32,000 nucleotides of DNA, taken from Nitrosomonas europaea. GTDB taxonomy: Bacteria; Pseudomonadota; Gammaproteobacteria; Burkholderiales; Nitrosomonadaceae. The DNA is taken from contig NZ_FUWK01000025.1 in assembly GCF_900167395.1 (NCBI RefSeq), forward strand, positions 1-32,000, written 5' to 3'. Made by a program: the position numbers and the translations under genes. How positions within the stretch are numbered: position 1 is the first letter of the stretch; each line of letters starts with the position of its first letter. Positions 18,664-27,671 of this stretch are shown piece by piece. The notes below the pieces were generated by a model. The model worked only from the letters and a program-made list of their open reading frames with translations. It was not told the DNA's origin and did no database searches.

Positions 18664-18740
18664 AGGCGCGTAGCTCAGCTGGTTAGAGCACCACCTTGAC
18701 ATGGTGGGGGTCGTTGGTTCGAGTCCAATCGCGCCTACCA
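18664..18740 (+). tRNA. tRNA-Val (anticodon GAC)
   Basis: Hand-folded cloverleaf. Acceptor AGGCGCG/CGCGCCT, D-stem GCTC/GAGC, anticodon stem CCACC/GGTGG with loop TTGACAT, T-arm GTTGG-TTCGAGT-CCAAT, encoded CCA. 77 nt. Confidence 0.95.
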
Positions 18741-18823
18741 GAAGACAACAGGCAGGTTCTGGTATCTGTCACCACCATTCCGGCTTCAGTCATATCTTTT
18801 CTATATTTTGTCTTGTTTCCCGC

Positions 18824-19282
18824 TTATCGGGAATTTTCTGATTTTCGTTTACTTGCGAGCATACGAATAGCGCATGCATTGCTGGAGGAAAATACTTTTT
18901 CTGCTGCTTCCCGCCATGGCAGCCAGACATACCCGAGATGCTCACGGGATGAGACTACGGCCGGTATCGTTTTGGGTAATTCCAAACCAAACACATGTTC
19001 GGTGTTGTGAGTAGTGCCCGGCGGGTAGCGCCAGTTCCATTCCTCAAAGATTTCGTAGCGGTTTTGTATTTGCCAGTCAGATAGCACGTAATCGTCGGTA
19101 TTCAGACCGGTTTCTTCTCTAACCTCACGGACTGCCGTCTGCAGCAGTGTTTCCCCGGGATCCTGACTGCCTGTAACAGACTGCCAGTAACCGGGGTGGT
19201 CGGCACGTTCCAGCAGCAGCACCTGGAGATCGGCCGTGTAGATCACCACCAGAACGGATACGGGCAATTTATAGCGTTGCAA
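18824..19282 (-). CDS. nudB: Nudix hydrolase, dihydroneopterin triphosphate diphosphatase-like
   Basis: 152 aa. Nudix box GSQDPGETLLQTAVREVREETGL. It lies 12 nt downstream of aspS, the same aspS-nudB adjacency as in E. coli. Confidence 0.75.
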   Translation of the reverse strand: MQRYKLPVSVLVVIYTADLQVLLLERADHPGYWQSVTGSQDPGETLLQTAVREVREETGLNTDDYVLSDWQIQNRYEIFEEWNWRYPPGTTHNTEHVFGLELPKTIPAVVSSREHLGYVWLPWREAAEKVFSSSNACAIRMLASKRKSENSR

Positions 19283-19294
19283 CAGACAATCCGG

Positions 19295-21076
19295 TCAATT
19301 GTTCGTGTTTTCGGTCCGGCGTAGCCGGATATGCAGCTCTCGCAACTGTTTTTCCTCGACTGCGCCGGGTGCTTGTGTCAGTAGACATTGAGCACGTTGT
19401 GTCTTGGGGAAGGCAATTACATCGCGAATGGAGTCTGCTCCGGTCATCATGGCAACGATACGGTCGAGGCCAAAAGCGATGCCTCCGTGTGGTGGCGCAC
19501 CGTATTGCAGCGCATCTAGTAGAAAGCCAAATTTCAGTTTTGCTTCATCATCCGATATGTTCAGTGCCTGAAACACCTTGCTTTGTATATCCTGCCGGTG
19601 AATACGAATCGAACCGCCACCGATTTCCATACCATTCAGAACCATGTCATACGCTCTGGAAAGCGCTTTGCCAGGATCGCTCGTCAGAAAATCCTCATGT
19701 CCCTGACTGGGAGAGGTAAAGGGATGGTGCAGGGCCTGCCAGCGTTTTTCTTCTTCATCCCATTCGAACATCGGAAAATCCACAACCCATAAAGGTTGCC
19801 AGGAGTCTGTGGCCAGATTGCGTTCATGCCCGATCTTGACCCGTAATGCGCCCAGTGCATCATTGACGACTTTGGCTTTGTCGGCACCGAAGAATACCAG
19901 ATCGCCATTTTGTGCCTGGGTGCGCTCGAGTATCGACTGTACGACAGATTCAGGCAGGAATTTCAGAATGGGGGATTGCAAACCTTCTATTCCCTTGGTC
20001 AGGTCATTGATCTTGATATAGGCCAGACCCTTTGCTCCGTAAATGCCAACAAACTGGGTGTATTCGTCGATTTCCTTGCGAGACAGTTCTCCACCACCAG
20101 GAACACGCAGAGCAGCCACCCGTCCTCCTGCTTTCTGCGCAGCGTCGCGGAATACCTGGAAAGGTACGTCCTGCATCAGATCGGTCAGTTCCGTCAGAAC
20201 TAGTGGTACACGTAAATCAGGTTTATCCGATCCGTAAAGGAACATGGCATCAGCATAGCTGAGCCGGGGGAAGGGATCGGGCAGGCTGATATCGAGCACA
20301 CTTGCGAACAGACGGCGGATCATGTCCTCCATCATGCCCATGATTTCGTTTTCCGGGAGAAAAGAGGTTTCGATGTCGATCTGAGTAAATTCCGGTTGGC
20401 GGTCGGCACGCAAATCTTCGTCCCGGAAACAGCGGGTAATCTGATAGTACCGGTCGAAACCGGATACCATCAGCAGTTGTTTGAATAATTGCGGAGATTG
20501 CGGCAGCGCAAAGAAATGACCGGCATTGACGCGTGAAGGTACCAGGTAATCACGCGCACCTTCCGGAGTGGATTTGGTCAGCATCGGCGTTTCTACATCG
20601 ATGAAGCCATGCTGATCGAGAAAAATGCGTACTGCCATGGTGACCTGGTGTCGCAGACGAATGTTGCGCTGCATCACCGGACGGCGTAAGTCCAGATAGC
20701 GATATTCCAGTCGTATTGCCTCGCTCAGATTGTCATCATCCATCTGGAAAGGAGGAGTGAGCGAAGGATTCAGAATTTCGATGGCGTTGACCAGCACCTC
20801 TATTTCTCCACTGAGAATTCCGTGATTGACCGTTCCTTCCGGGCGGTGGCGTACTGTGCCGGTGATTGCGAGCACGAACTCGCTGCGGATTTTTTCTGCA
20901 ATCTGGAAGGCGGCAACATTATCAGGATCACAAACGATCTGGACAATCCCCTCACGGTCACGCAGATCGATAAAAATGACTCCACCGTGATCACGCCGGC
21001 GATGTACCCAGCCGCATAATGTAATCGTTTTATCCAGATGGCGTGTGTTGATGGCGCCGCAATAGTCAGTACGCAT
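19295..21076 (-). CDS. aspS: Aspartate--tRNA ligase
   Basis: 593 aa. N-terminal OB fold (MRTDYCG...[19 protein letters not shown]), class II motifs ([18 protein letters not shown]; GGGSIRIH; FGLDR). Confidence 0.97.
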   Translation of the reverse strand: MRTDYCGAINTRHLDKTITLCGWVHRRRDHGGVIFIDLRDREGIVQIVCDPDNVAAFQIAEKIRSEFVLAITGTVRHRPEGTVNHGILSGEIEVLVNAIEILNPSLTPPFQMDDDNLSEAIRLEYRYLDLRRPVMQRNIRLRHQVTMAVRIFLDQHGFIDVETPMLTKSTPEGARDYLVPSRVNAGHFFALPQSPQLFKQLLMVSGFDRYYQITRCFRDEDLRADRQPEFTQIDIETSFLPENEIMGMMEDMIRRLFASVLDISLPDPFPRLSYADAMFLYGSDKPDLRVPLVLTELTDLMQDVPFQVFRDAAQKAGGRVAALRVPGGGELSRKEIDEYTQFVGIYGAKGLAYIKINDLTKGIEGLQSPILKFLPESVVQSILERTQAQNGDLVFFGADKAKVVNDALGALRVKIGHERNLATDSWQPLWVVDFPMFEWDEEEKRWQALHHPFTSPSQGHEDFLTSDPGKALSRAYDMVLNGMEIGGGSIRIHRQDIQSKVFQALNISDDEAKLKFGFLLDALQYGAPPHGGIAFGLDRIVAMMTGADSIRDVIAFPKTQRAQCLLTQAPGAVEEKQLRELHIRLRRTENTNN

Positions 21077-21159
21077 AAGTGACGTTGATGTTGATTGAAT
21101 GAGAAAGTCGATTGTTCGGTTATTTCGCCCTGTAAAAATGCTGCCAGGGCATGTTTGTA

Positions 21160-21498
21160 CTAATCCACAGAGGAAACAGTGGGAGCAGTGGTTGATGTCG
21201 ATGCTGTCGTCGCGGTCGCAGTCGTGCTGTCAGTCGTCGTGGTTGCAGCTGCTTTATCAGTGTCGGCCGCCTCCTTGCCGGATTCTTCTTTGGGTTTCGA
21301 ATCGGATCGGGTATTTTTATTTCTGAAATCTGTTACATACCAGCCGGTCCCCTTCAGCTGGAAACCCGCAGCGGATACCTTCTTGACATAATCACTGCTA
21401 CCGCAGGCAGGGCAATTTGCGATCGGGGCATCACTCATTTTCTGCAGATGCTCTTTCTCCAATCCACATGCATGGCAGGCATACTCATAGATCGGCAT
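21160..21498 (-). CDS. FmdB-family zinc-ribbon protein (CxxC_CxxC_SSSS type)
   Basis: [12 protein letters not shown]...CPACGS zinc ribbon, [10 protein letters not shown], then a low-complexity Thr/Ala/Ser tail. A strong AAGGAGGAAAAC Shine-Dalgarno lies upstream. Confidence 0.8.
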   Translation of the reverse strand: MPIYEYACHACGLEKEHLQKMSDAPIANCPACGSSDYVKKVSAAGFQLKGTGWYVTDFRNKNTRSDSKPKEESGKEAADTDKAAATTTTDSTTATATTASTSTTAPTVSSVD

Positions 21499-21603
21499 GT
21501 TTTCCTCCTTGGAATAAAATCTTGAAAACCCGCATTATACTTGACTACAGGGGTAATTTCCCGGATGCAGTTCTGAGCTTTGGTTTAAGAAACGATCTTC
21601 TGG

Positions 21604-23055
21604 CTAATTTTCCTTTCTGCCGTATTTATCCTCGAACCGGACGATATCATCCTCTCCCAGATAGGAACCGGACTGAACTTCAATCATTTCCAGTGGCACA
21701 CGCCCCGGGTTTTCCAGCCGATGTGGCGTTCCCAGCGGGATGAAGGTGGATTCGTTTTCGCTGACCAGAAAGGTTTTGTCTGCCCGGGTAACCTGTGCCG
21801 TTCCCCGTACTACGATCCAGTGCTCGGCGCGGTGGTGGTGCATTTGCAATGACAGCGCTGCGCCGGGGTTGACGACAATCCGTTTGACCTGAAAACGCTC
21901 ACCTCTGTCGACTGAATCGTACCAGCCCCATGGACGGTATATTTTGCGGTGTGAGCGGATTTCCGGGCGATTCCGTTGTTTCAGTATGTCGACGATGTGT
22001 TTGACTTCCTGTGTTTTGTCCTGATGTGCTACCAGAACTGCATCGGATGTTTCCACGATCACTACATTTTCCACTCCGATACAGGCAACCAGCCGATGCT
22101 CGGAAAACGCCAGAGTGTCGTGACATGCGTGCAGCAGCACATCGCCGCGCACCACGTTGCCTGATTCATCCTTCTGTAACGTGCGCCACAACGCATCCCA
22201 TGCGCCAATATCCGACCATCCGGCAGAAAGCGGGATGATGGCGCCTGGCGGTAGCATGTCCGGACGTGCGGAAAGCGTTTCCATGACCGCATAATCGATC
22301 GAATCACTTGGACAAGCGGCAAACGCGGTCTTGTCGATACGGTAAAAATCACCATCGATCGAGCCTGATTGCCAGGCAGCGCGACAGGCTTCCAGAATAT
22401 CCCGACGGCAAGTATCAATGGCGGTAAGCCAGATCGATGCACGCATCATGAACATGCCGCTATTCCACAGGTAGGAGCCTTCTTCCAGATAATTCTGTGC
22501 AGTGGCCAGATCCGGTTTCTCGACAAAACGGGCGATCCGGAAAGTGCCCGGTTCATGCAGTGCCGTACCGTACTGGATATAGCCGTAGCCGGTTTCCGGA
22601 GCGTTCGGTGTGATGCCGAAAGTGACCAGCATGCCACTTTCAGCGAGTGTCATTCCTTTGTGAATGATTGCCTGAAAAACTGAAATATCCGTTATGACAT
22701 GGTCGGATGGCATGACCAGCAGAACCGGATCATCACTGTCCTGCATGGCTGCCAGTGCGGCTATCGTCAGCGCGGGAGCGGTGTTGCGTCCGTAAGGTTC
22801 GAGAATGATCTTGCCGATTTTACCCAGAACCCGCAGCTGCTCCGCAATCACAAAACGATATTCTTCGTTACTGACGATGATGGAGGATTGAACAGCAATG
22901 TCCTCCAGCCCATCCAGGCGACGTACGGTTTCCTGCAGCAGGGAATACCGGTTGACCAGCGGCAGTAATTGTTTGGGGTACTGCTGGCGTGAAAGTGGCC
23001 ACAGGCGTGTACCCGAGCCGCCGGAGAGAATGACGGGAATGAGCGTGTGTTTCAT
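21604..23055 (-). CDS. manC: Mannose-1-phosphate guanylyltransferase / mannose-6-phosphate isomerase (type II PMI-GMP)
   Basis: The start was set at the ATG whose complement is 23053-23055 (MKHTLIPVILSGGSGTRLWPLSR...), giving 483 aa. A C-terminal cupin is present (RPWGWY...HHHRAEHWIVV.G). The 76-aa upstream extension in the track overlaps wecB and is rejected. Confidence 0.9.
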   Translation of the reverse strand: MKHTLIPVILSGGSGTRLWPLSRQQYPKQLLPLVNRYSLLQETVRRLDGLEDIAVQSSIIVSNEEYRFVIAEQLRVLGKIGKIILEPYGRNTAPALTIAALAAMQDSDDPVLLVMPSDHVITDISVFQAIIHKGMTLAESGMLVTFGITPNAPETGYGYIQYGTALHEPGTFRIARFVEKPDLATAQNYLEEGSYLWNSGMFMMRASIWLTAIDTCRRDILEACRAAWQSGSIDGDFYRIDKTAFAACPSDSIDYAVMETLSARPDMLPPGAIIPLSAGWSDIGAWDALWRTLQKDESGNVVRGDVLLHACHDTLAFSEHRLVACIGVENVVIVETSDAVLVAHQDKTQEVKHIVDILKQRNRPEIRSHRKIYRPWGWYDSVDRGERFQVKRIVVNPGAALSLQMHHHRAEHWIVVRGTAQVTRADKTFLVSENESTFIPLGTPHRLENPGRVPLEMIEVQSGSYLGEDDIVRFEDKYGRKEN

Positions 23056-23119
23056 GTATGTATTGGTTTGATCAGAAGGAAAATGGCAATTTTCTGCCGG
23101 ATCATCTGGCATCCTGATT

Positions 23120-24229
23120 TCAGGGATGCAGCTCTCTGGTAAGTATCTCCACGATGCGGCGTGCGGCGTTGCCATCCCACAAATGCGGCCGGCGCCCTTG
23201 CTTACCACGTCCTCCCAGAATGTCATCAACCGCAGCCAGTATTCGTTCAGGGCGGGTGCCAGCCAGTATGTTCGTGCCTTCATTCACTGTGATCGGCCGT
23301 TCGGTATTTTCGCGGATGGTGATGCAGGGAACTCCCAGAGCAGTGGTTTCTTCCTGCAAACCGCCGCTGTCAGTCAGAACGAGCGTGGCATCTTTCCATA
23401 GATGAAGAAATGGCATATAAGCCTGCGGGCCCATCAGGAGGATATTTGGTCCGAGATCGATATTGAATTTCTTCAGGTTGTTCTGTGTGCGCGGATGAGC
23501 CGGGAAAACGAGTGGCAGACGTTTGGCAATCTGTTTCAGTGTCAGGCTGATACGCTCCAGGGCGTCAGGACTATCCACGTTGCTGGGCCGGTGCAGCGTG
23601 ACCACACCATACGATTGATTACCCAGTGATGTTTTGAGCTGACTGGTTTCGAAGTTGGATGTATCCGCTCGCGCAAGTTGCTCTACCTGGTAAAGCAGGT
23701 TGTCCACCATGACATGGCCGACGTAGTGAATGGCTGATGCCGGTTTCCCTTCCTGCAGCAGATGCTGCTGTCCACTTGGTTCGGTTACGAAAAACCAATC
23801 GGTGATGCTGTCTGTCACCAAGCGGTTGATTTCTTCCGGCATACACATATCGCCACTGCGCAGCCCTGCTTCGACATGAGCAACCGGGATATGCAGCTTC
23901 TTGGCCACGATAGAACAGGCCAGCGTCGAGTTGACATCGCCCACGACCAGTACCGCATCCGGTGGTTCCGTTTGACAGTATTCTTCGAAGGCGACCATGA
24001 TTTTGGCGGTCTGTTGTGAATGACTGCCTCCTCCAGCCGCCATAAAAATATCCGGCTGCGGAATACCCAGTTCCTCGAAAAAAACATCGTTCATTTCCCG
24101 ATCGTAATGCTGACCGGTGTGGACGATTTTATAGGTCAGCCTGTCCTGTTGCTGCAAAGCGCGGACGATGGGTGCAATTTTCATGAAATTAGGTCGTGCA
24201 CCGGCGATGAGATAGACCTTTTTCTGCAT
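23120..24229 (-). CDS. wecB: UDP-N-acetylglucosamine 2-epimerase (non-hydrolysing)
   Basis: The start was set at the ATG whose complement is 24227-24229 (MQKKVYLIAGARPNFMKIAP...), giving 369 aa. Blocks HTGQHYD, HVEAGLRS, PEEINR and DSGGLQEE are present. Confidence 0.9.
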   Translation of the reverse strand: MQKKVYLIAGARPNFMKIAPIVRALQQQDRLTYKIVHTGQHYDREMNDVFFEELGIPQPDIFMAAGGGSHSQQTAKIMVAFEEYCQTEPPDAVLVVGDVNSTLACSIVAKKLHIPVAHVEAGLRSGDMCMPEEINRLVTDSITDWFFVTEPSGQQHLLQEGKPASAIHYVGHVMVDNLLYQVEQLARADTSNFETSQLKTSLGNQSYGVVTLHRPSNVDSPDALERISLTLKQIAKRLPLVFPAHPRTQNNLKKFNIDLGPNILLMGPQAYMPFLHLWKDATLVLTDSGGLQEETTALGVPCITIRENTERPITVNEGTNILAGTRPERILAAVDDILGGRGKQGRRPHLWDGNAARRIVEILTRELHP

Positions 24230-24402
24230 GATTTTCCCTGACAAAGCAATGAGCAGGATTGTAAACCATCCGAGGCATGCTGCCGGCAGGAAAACATTGG
24301 TTTTTCCCGCCTGTTTATGCAAATGGGGTTAAGGTAAGGGTGGGAAGATGCGGTCGACCCGGACTTCTGTTGTTGTTTACCTGCTTCATCGATGCCGGAA
24401 CG

Positions 24403-24431
24403 TTACTGAAGCAGATTACAGGGCTTATAAT
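24403..24431 (+). promoter_or_regulatory. Candidate sigma-70 promoter for yajQ
   Basis: TTACTG (24403-24408), a 17-nt spacer, then a perfect TATAAT (24426-24431), 36 nt upstream of the ATG. An AGGAAA Shine-Dalgarno lies in between. Confidence 0.4.
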
Positions 24432-24467
24432 GGCAGCATTCAATTCTATATCTGATCAGGAAAAATC

Positions 24468-24953
24468 ATGCCTTCATTCGATATTGTTTCCGAAGTGGAT
24501 AAGCAGGAAATTCGTAATGCGGTCGATCAACTGAACAAGGAAGTTTCCACCCGGTTTGATTTCAAGGGTTCGGATGCCCGTGCCGAGCAAACTGATTATG
24601 AACTTTATCTTTACGCGGATGATGAGTTCAAACTTGGCCAGGTCATGGATATTCTGATGACTAAATTTACTAAACGCGAGATTGATGTTCGCTGCCTGGA
24701 AAAGGGCCAGACCGAAAAAATCAGTGGCAATAAGGTGAAGCAGAAGGTAACAGTTAAGACCGGGGTGGAAAGTGATCTCGCTAAAAAGATCATCAAACTG
24801 GTCAAGGACAGTAAACTTAAAGTCCAGGCGAGCATCCAGGGTGAGGTAGTGCGGGTAACCGGCGCCAAGCGCGATATCCTGCAGGAGGCCATTCAACTGG
24901 TAAAAGGCAGCATCACTGAGCTGCCGCTGCAGTTTCGCAACTTTCGGGATTGA
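24468..24953 (+). CDS. yajQ: YajQ-family (UPF0234) nucleotide / cyclic-di-GMP-binding protein
   Basis: 161 aa. The N-terminus [21 protein letters not shown]...RFDFKG and overall length match the YajQ family. Confidence 0.9.
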   Translation: MPSFDIVSEVDKQEIRNAVDQLNKEVSTRFDFKGSDARAEQTDYELYLYADDEFKLGQVMDILMTKFTKREIDVRCLEKGQTEKISGNKVKQKVTVKTGVESDLAKKIIKLVKDSKLKVQASIQGEVVRVTGAKRDILQEAIQLVKGSITELPLQFRNFRD

Positions 24954-24984
24954 ACGAGGGTTCCATCAAAACAATTTCAGGATA

Positions 24985-25051
24985 TGATCCCGGGCAACTT
25001 CACAGTAATCGGTGAATTGAGCGCCTGTACTGTGGTGATGCCCGGGTGATC
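24985..25051. terminator. Extended imperfect palindrome between convergent yajQ and the porin gene (possible bidirectional terminator)
   Basis: Outer arms TGATC-CCGGGCA (24985-24996) / TGCCCGG-GT-GATCA (25039-25052) share an 8-bp CCCGGGCA core. Inner arms are CACAGTA (25001-25007) / TACTGTG (25028-25034). There are no clear U-tracts. Confidence 0.3.
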
Positions 25052-25062
25052 AGCGGTTTATA

Positions 25063-26562
25063 TCAGTAATTCCACTGTAACTGGAATCTCAGGACATCAG
25101 CCTTGTATCGTTCGTAAGGGGCACTTGCTACATTGGTACGATTCATCATGTGATAAACCGCTGTAAGCTCAATTTCTTTCATAACCTGCCATTCCAGTCC
25201 AAATTCCAGATCATTAACGTGATTTCTCGGGGCGTTGCGCTCGAATTTCTGACCACCCTTGAAGTGTTGCCATTTAACGAACGGGAACAGCGTTCCCCAG
25301 CGTAATCCATCGATTTTGTAGGTTGCCAGAACATAACCACCATTGAGCGAGGATTCAGTAAGCATCGTCTGGCCGTCATTTAACTGAGGCCCCCGCCCCC
25401 AGTTCCATTCTGCCTGCAGCCCGAAGGGTTGCGGATAAAGTACGGCATGCACCCCGACACGCTCATCTTTGAAACCTTTCTCGGGTGCATCCATGACCGG
25501 AGTAAATCCGCCTGCAGGGCCTGTTGATGGAACGAAGCGTCCACGTAGAGCTTGTATACCTGCTTCAAGAATTTGACCGTTGCTGAATTGGTGTGGGTAG
25601 GTGAAGCGGGTGACCATGTGCACACCGTTATTTCCTTCGAGGCGGTTGGCACCCTGTCCATTGTAGATACCAAAGGCGAACATGCCATAATCACCGGATC
25701 CTTTCAGATTCTTCGCCATGACTTCTTTGAACCGGTCGCGTATATGAGTCGGAGCCCAGTAGAAGAATGCACCGATGTCACGCTCATCCCGACAGCAACT
25801 GTTCATGGCATCATTACGGTCAAGTGCAAGGCGATTTTGGCTGGATTGCAGGTTCTCAAAACTATAAGGGATTTTTGATTGCCCGACCCTGACCCGGAAT
25901 TCCTTGTTCTTATCGAAGTGGATATCGGCGTAGGCATCCCTTAACTGAGCGAAATGGCCTGTACTGGAGCCAGACGGAGTGCTGGCAAAGTCGGGTTGTA
26001 TATACAGAGAGAGATGATCGTTGATATCTCCGAAAATGACCAAACGTGCCCGTCTGATCAGGAAGGAACCATCCTCACCTACCGATTTGTCAGGCCAGTA
26101 AGATACTGCATCCTTATCGCCACTCACCGTACTACTGTAGCGGAATTGTGTATAGCCCCGAATGCCGATTCTGTCGTACCACTTTTTTTCTTCTTTGGGT
26201 TTTTCAGCCGAAGGCTCATTGCTGTGTGCAGCGATTTCCTCTGATTTTCTCCGGATATCAGATTCTGCTCCGGATTGGCCCGAATTTTCCTGAAATTTTG
26301 CTTCACCTTGCGCCAGGCCGGTTGTTGTATTGCTGACAGGCTGGCTTGACTCGGTATCTGGCTTGCTTTGAGATTGAACGGGTGACTCTTTTACTTGCTG
26401 GAAAGTACCCAGTTTGATCCTGTTTTTGCCGGGTTCGGTGTAAACCTGTTTGGTAGCTGTGTCTACATACAGGATTAATTCTTGTGCACCGGCTGGAAAG
26501 AAATGGGATGTAACGAGAATTAATCCCAAGCCACATATTGTTAAGTTGAATCTTTTTATCAT
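25063..26562 (-). CDS. Phosphate-selective porin O/P-family outer-membrane porin with an N-terminal extension
   Basis: 499 aa. Signal peptide (...SHFFPAGAQE). The FLIRRARLVIFG motif is characteristic of Porin_O_P, alternating beta-strand patterning follows, and the C-terminus is aromatic (...LQWNY). A GGGAGG Shine-Dalgarno lies upstream. Confidence 0.7.
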   Translation of the reverse strand: MIKRFNLTICGLGLILVTSHFFPAGAQELILYVDTATKQVYTEPGKNRIKLGTFQQVKESPVQSQSKPDTESSQPVSNTTTGLAQGEAKFQENSGQSGAESDIRRKSEEIAAHSNEPSAEKPKEEKKWYDRIGIRGYTQFRYSSTVSGDKDAVSYWPDKSVGEDGSFLIRRARLVIFGDINDHLSLYIQPDFASTPSGSSTGHFAQLRDAYADIHFDKNKEFRVRVGQSKIPYSFENLQSSQNRLALDRNDAMNSCCRDERDIGAFFYWAPTHIRDRFKEVMAKNLKGSGDYGMFAFGIYNGQGANRLEGNNGVHMVTRFTYPHQFSNGQILEAGIQALRGRFVPSTGPAGGFTPVMDAPEKGFKDERVGVHAVLYPQPFGLQAEWNWGRGPQLNDGQTMLTESSLNGGYVLATYKIDGLRWGTLFPFVKWQHFKGGQKFERNAPRNHVNDLEFGLEWQVMKEIELTAVYHMMNRTNVASAPYERYKADVLRFQLQWNY

Positions 26563-26797
26563 TATTACCTGCCTCCCTTTTTAGCAATCCGTTTACTGGA
26601 ATAAATCAGTTGAAACGGGAGGCATTATTTCAATTGCTTATGACACTCTTATTACATGGCAGATACCGGACTGACCGGATCAGAAAGAAGGGGTGTTCTG
26701 AAAAAGAGTGTGGTTGGAGATCGTGGTTAAAATGAAGGTCTTTATTTGGCAGTATGTCAGATGATGCAGCTGGTTCTGGGGTGTATATACTTGTTTC

Positions 26798-27547
26798 CTA
26801 GTGATTTTTCTTTTCTAACTCCGCTTTGATATCTTCTGCGATAGCTTGGTAAAGCGGGCGAAAAATCGGGCGCATATTGCTGATAATACTGTTGATTTCT
26901 ACCATGGATGGGAAACGCAGACCACGATGCTCGACGGGTGCGCCGATGGGTTCCAGTTGCGCACCTAGTCTGCTGAAGTGACTGGCCAGCCGTTCTTCGG
27001 TTAGCATGAAAAGTACTCTGATATCGTGTATGCGTGCCAGTTCGATTGTGCCGATATAAAGACTCAGCGGAATGTAGGGAAAGCGCATCATTGGGCCTGT
27101 ACTAAAATCTTCTTCAGAAATATTGATAGGATGATTCTTTTCACCTTTTCGCCGGCGAAAGGCGGCGATAACAGCAAGACGGGAAACTTCACCAATTTTA
27201 TCTGCCGGTAGTCTGGACGGATCTATGATGGAGCGGTCGAGCGTCTGAGCACAGGTTTTCTCAAAGGGCAAGCGCCTGTCGTTACTGTTTGATGACGGAC
27301 GGATGATACGGGTACAGCCGATGAATGTATCGTTATTGATACTGCGAATTAGAAGATGTAGTGAGTGGGCATCATATTCATCTATCTCAAATCCGTCAGA
27401 TCGTGAAGATTCAAACTGCAAATCTTCGCAATAAACGGAGTGACGGACGCGATAAGCCTCACGCTTCAACTCTTCGGTCAATGCTGGCACGATTTTGAAG
27501 TACTGCCTGAAAGAAGTGCCCAAATGGCTATTTTCCTGGGTAAACAC
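26798..27547 (-). CDS. PEP-CTERM/exosortase system-associated N-acyl amino acid synthase-like acyltransferase (TIGR03694-like; LuxI/GNAT-related)
   Basis: 249 aa. The N-terminal pattern FRQYFKIVPALTEELKREAYRVRHSVYCEDLQFE, followed by EIDEYDAHSLHLL and GEVSRLAV, matches my recollection of this family. The GTG start has no clear Shine-Dalgarno, so the exact start is uncertain. Confidence 0.6.
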   Translation of the reverse strand: MFTQENSHLGTSFRQYFKIVPALTEELKREAYRVRHSVYCEDLQFESSRSDGFEIDEYDAHSLHLLIRSINNDTFIGCTRIIRPSSNSNDRRLPFEKTCAQTLDRSIIDPSRLPADKIGEVSRLAVIAAFRRRKGEKNHPINISEEDFSTGPMMRFPYIPLSLYIGTIELARIHDIRVLFMLTEERLASHFSRLGAQLEPIGAPVEHRGLRFPSMVEINSIISNMRPIFRPLYQAIAEDIKAELEKKNH

Positions 27548-27671
27548 GATCGCGTTCGTCTAATGATTAAAGAATTTTTAGAAATTTAACAGTTAAGACA
27601 GTCAAGTAGAGGAAGCACCTCCTGTTTAAGCTGCCCATGGCTTGATGCTTTGGCTCGATCAGTCTGCCGGT

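Noticed and set aside
18741-18823. tRNA-Val 3' flank as a possible genomic-island integration site
   Set aside because: There is no integrase, no repeat of the tRNA 3' end and no accessory genes. The next gene is nudB, in conserved aspS-nudB synteny.
21604-24322. Long N-terminal extensions in the ORF track for manC (to 23283) and wecB (to 24322). The same applies to 5117, 6156, 15889, 16401, 17005 and 28565.
   Set aside because: The extensions overlap upstream genes or add non-homologous residues ahead of well-known family N-termini (for example MKHTLIPVILSGGSGTRLWP, MQKKVYLIAGARPNFMKIAP). Internal starts with better context were used instead.
26627-26662. Possible Pho box upstream of the OprO/P-like porin (- strand GTGTCATAAGC and CTGCCATGTAA)
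   Set aside because: The two TGNCAT half-sites are 16 nt apart rather than the 11-nt phasing of the CTGTCATA(A/T)A(T/A)CTGTCA(C/T) consensus, and the second halves do not match. This is insufficient to call a PhoB site.
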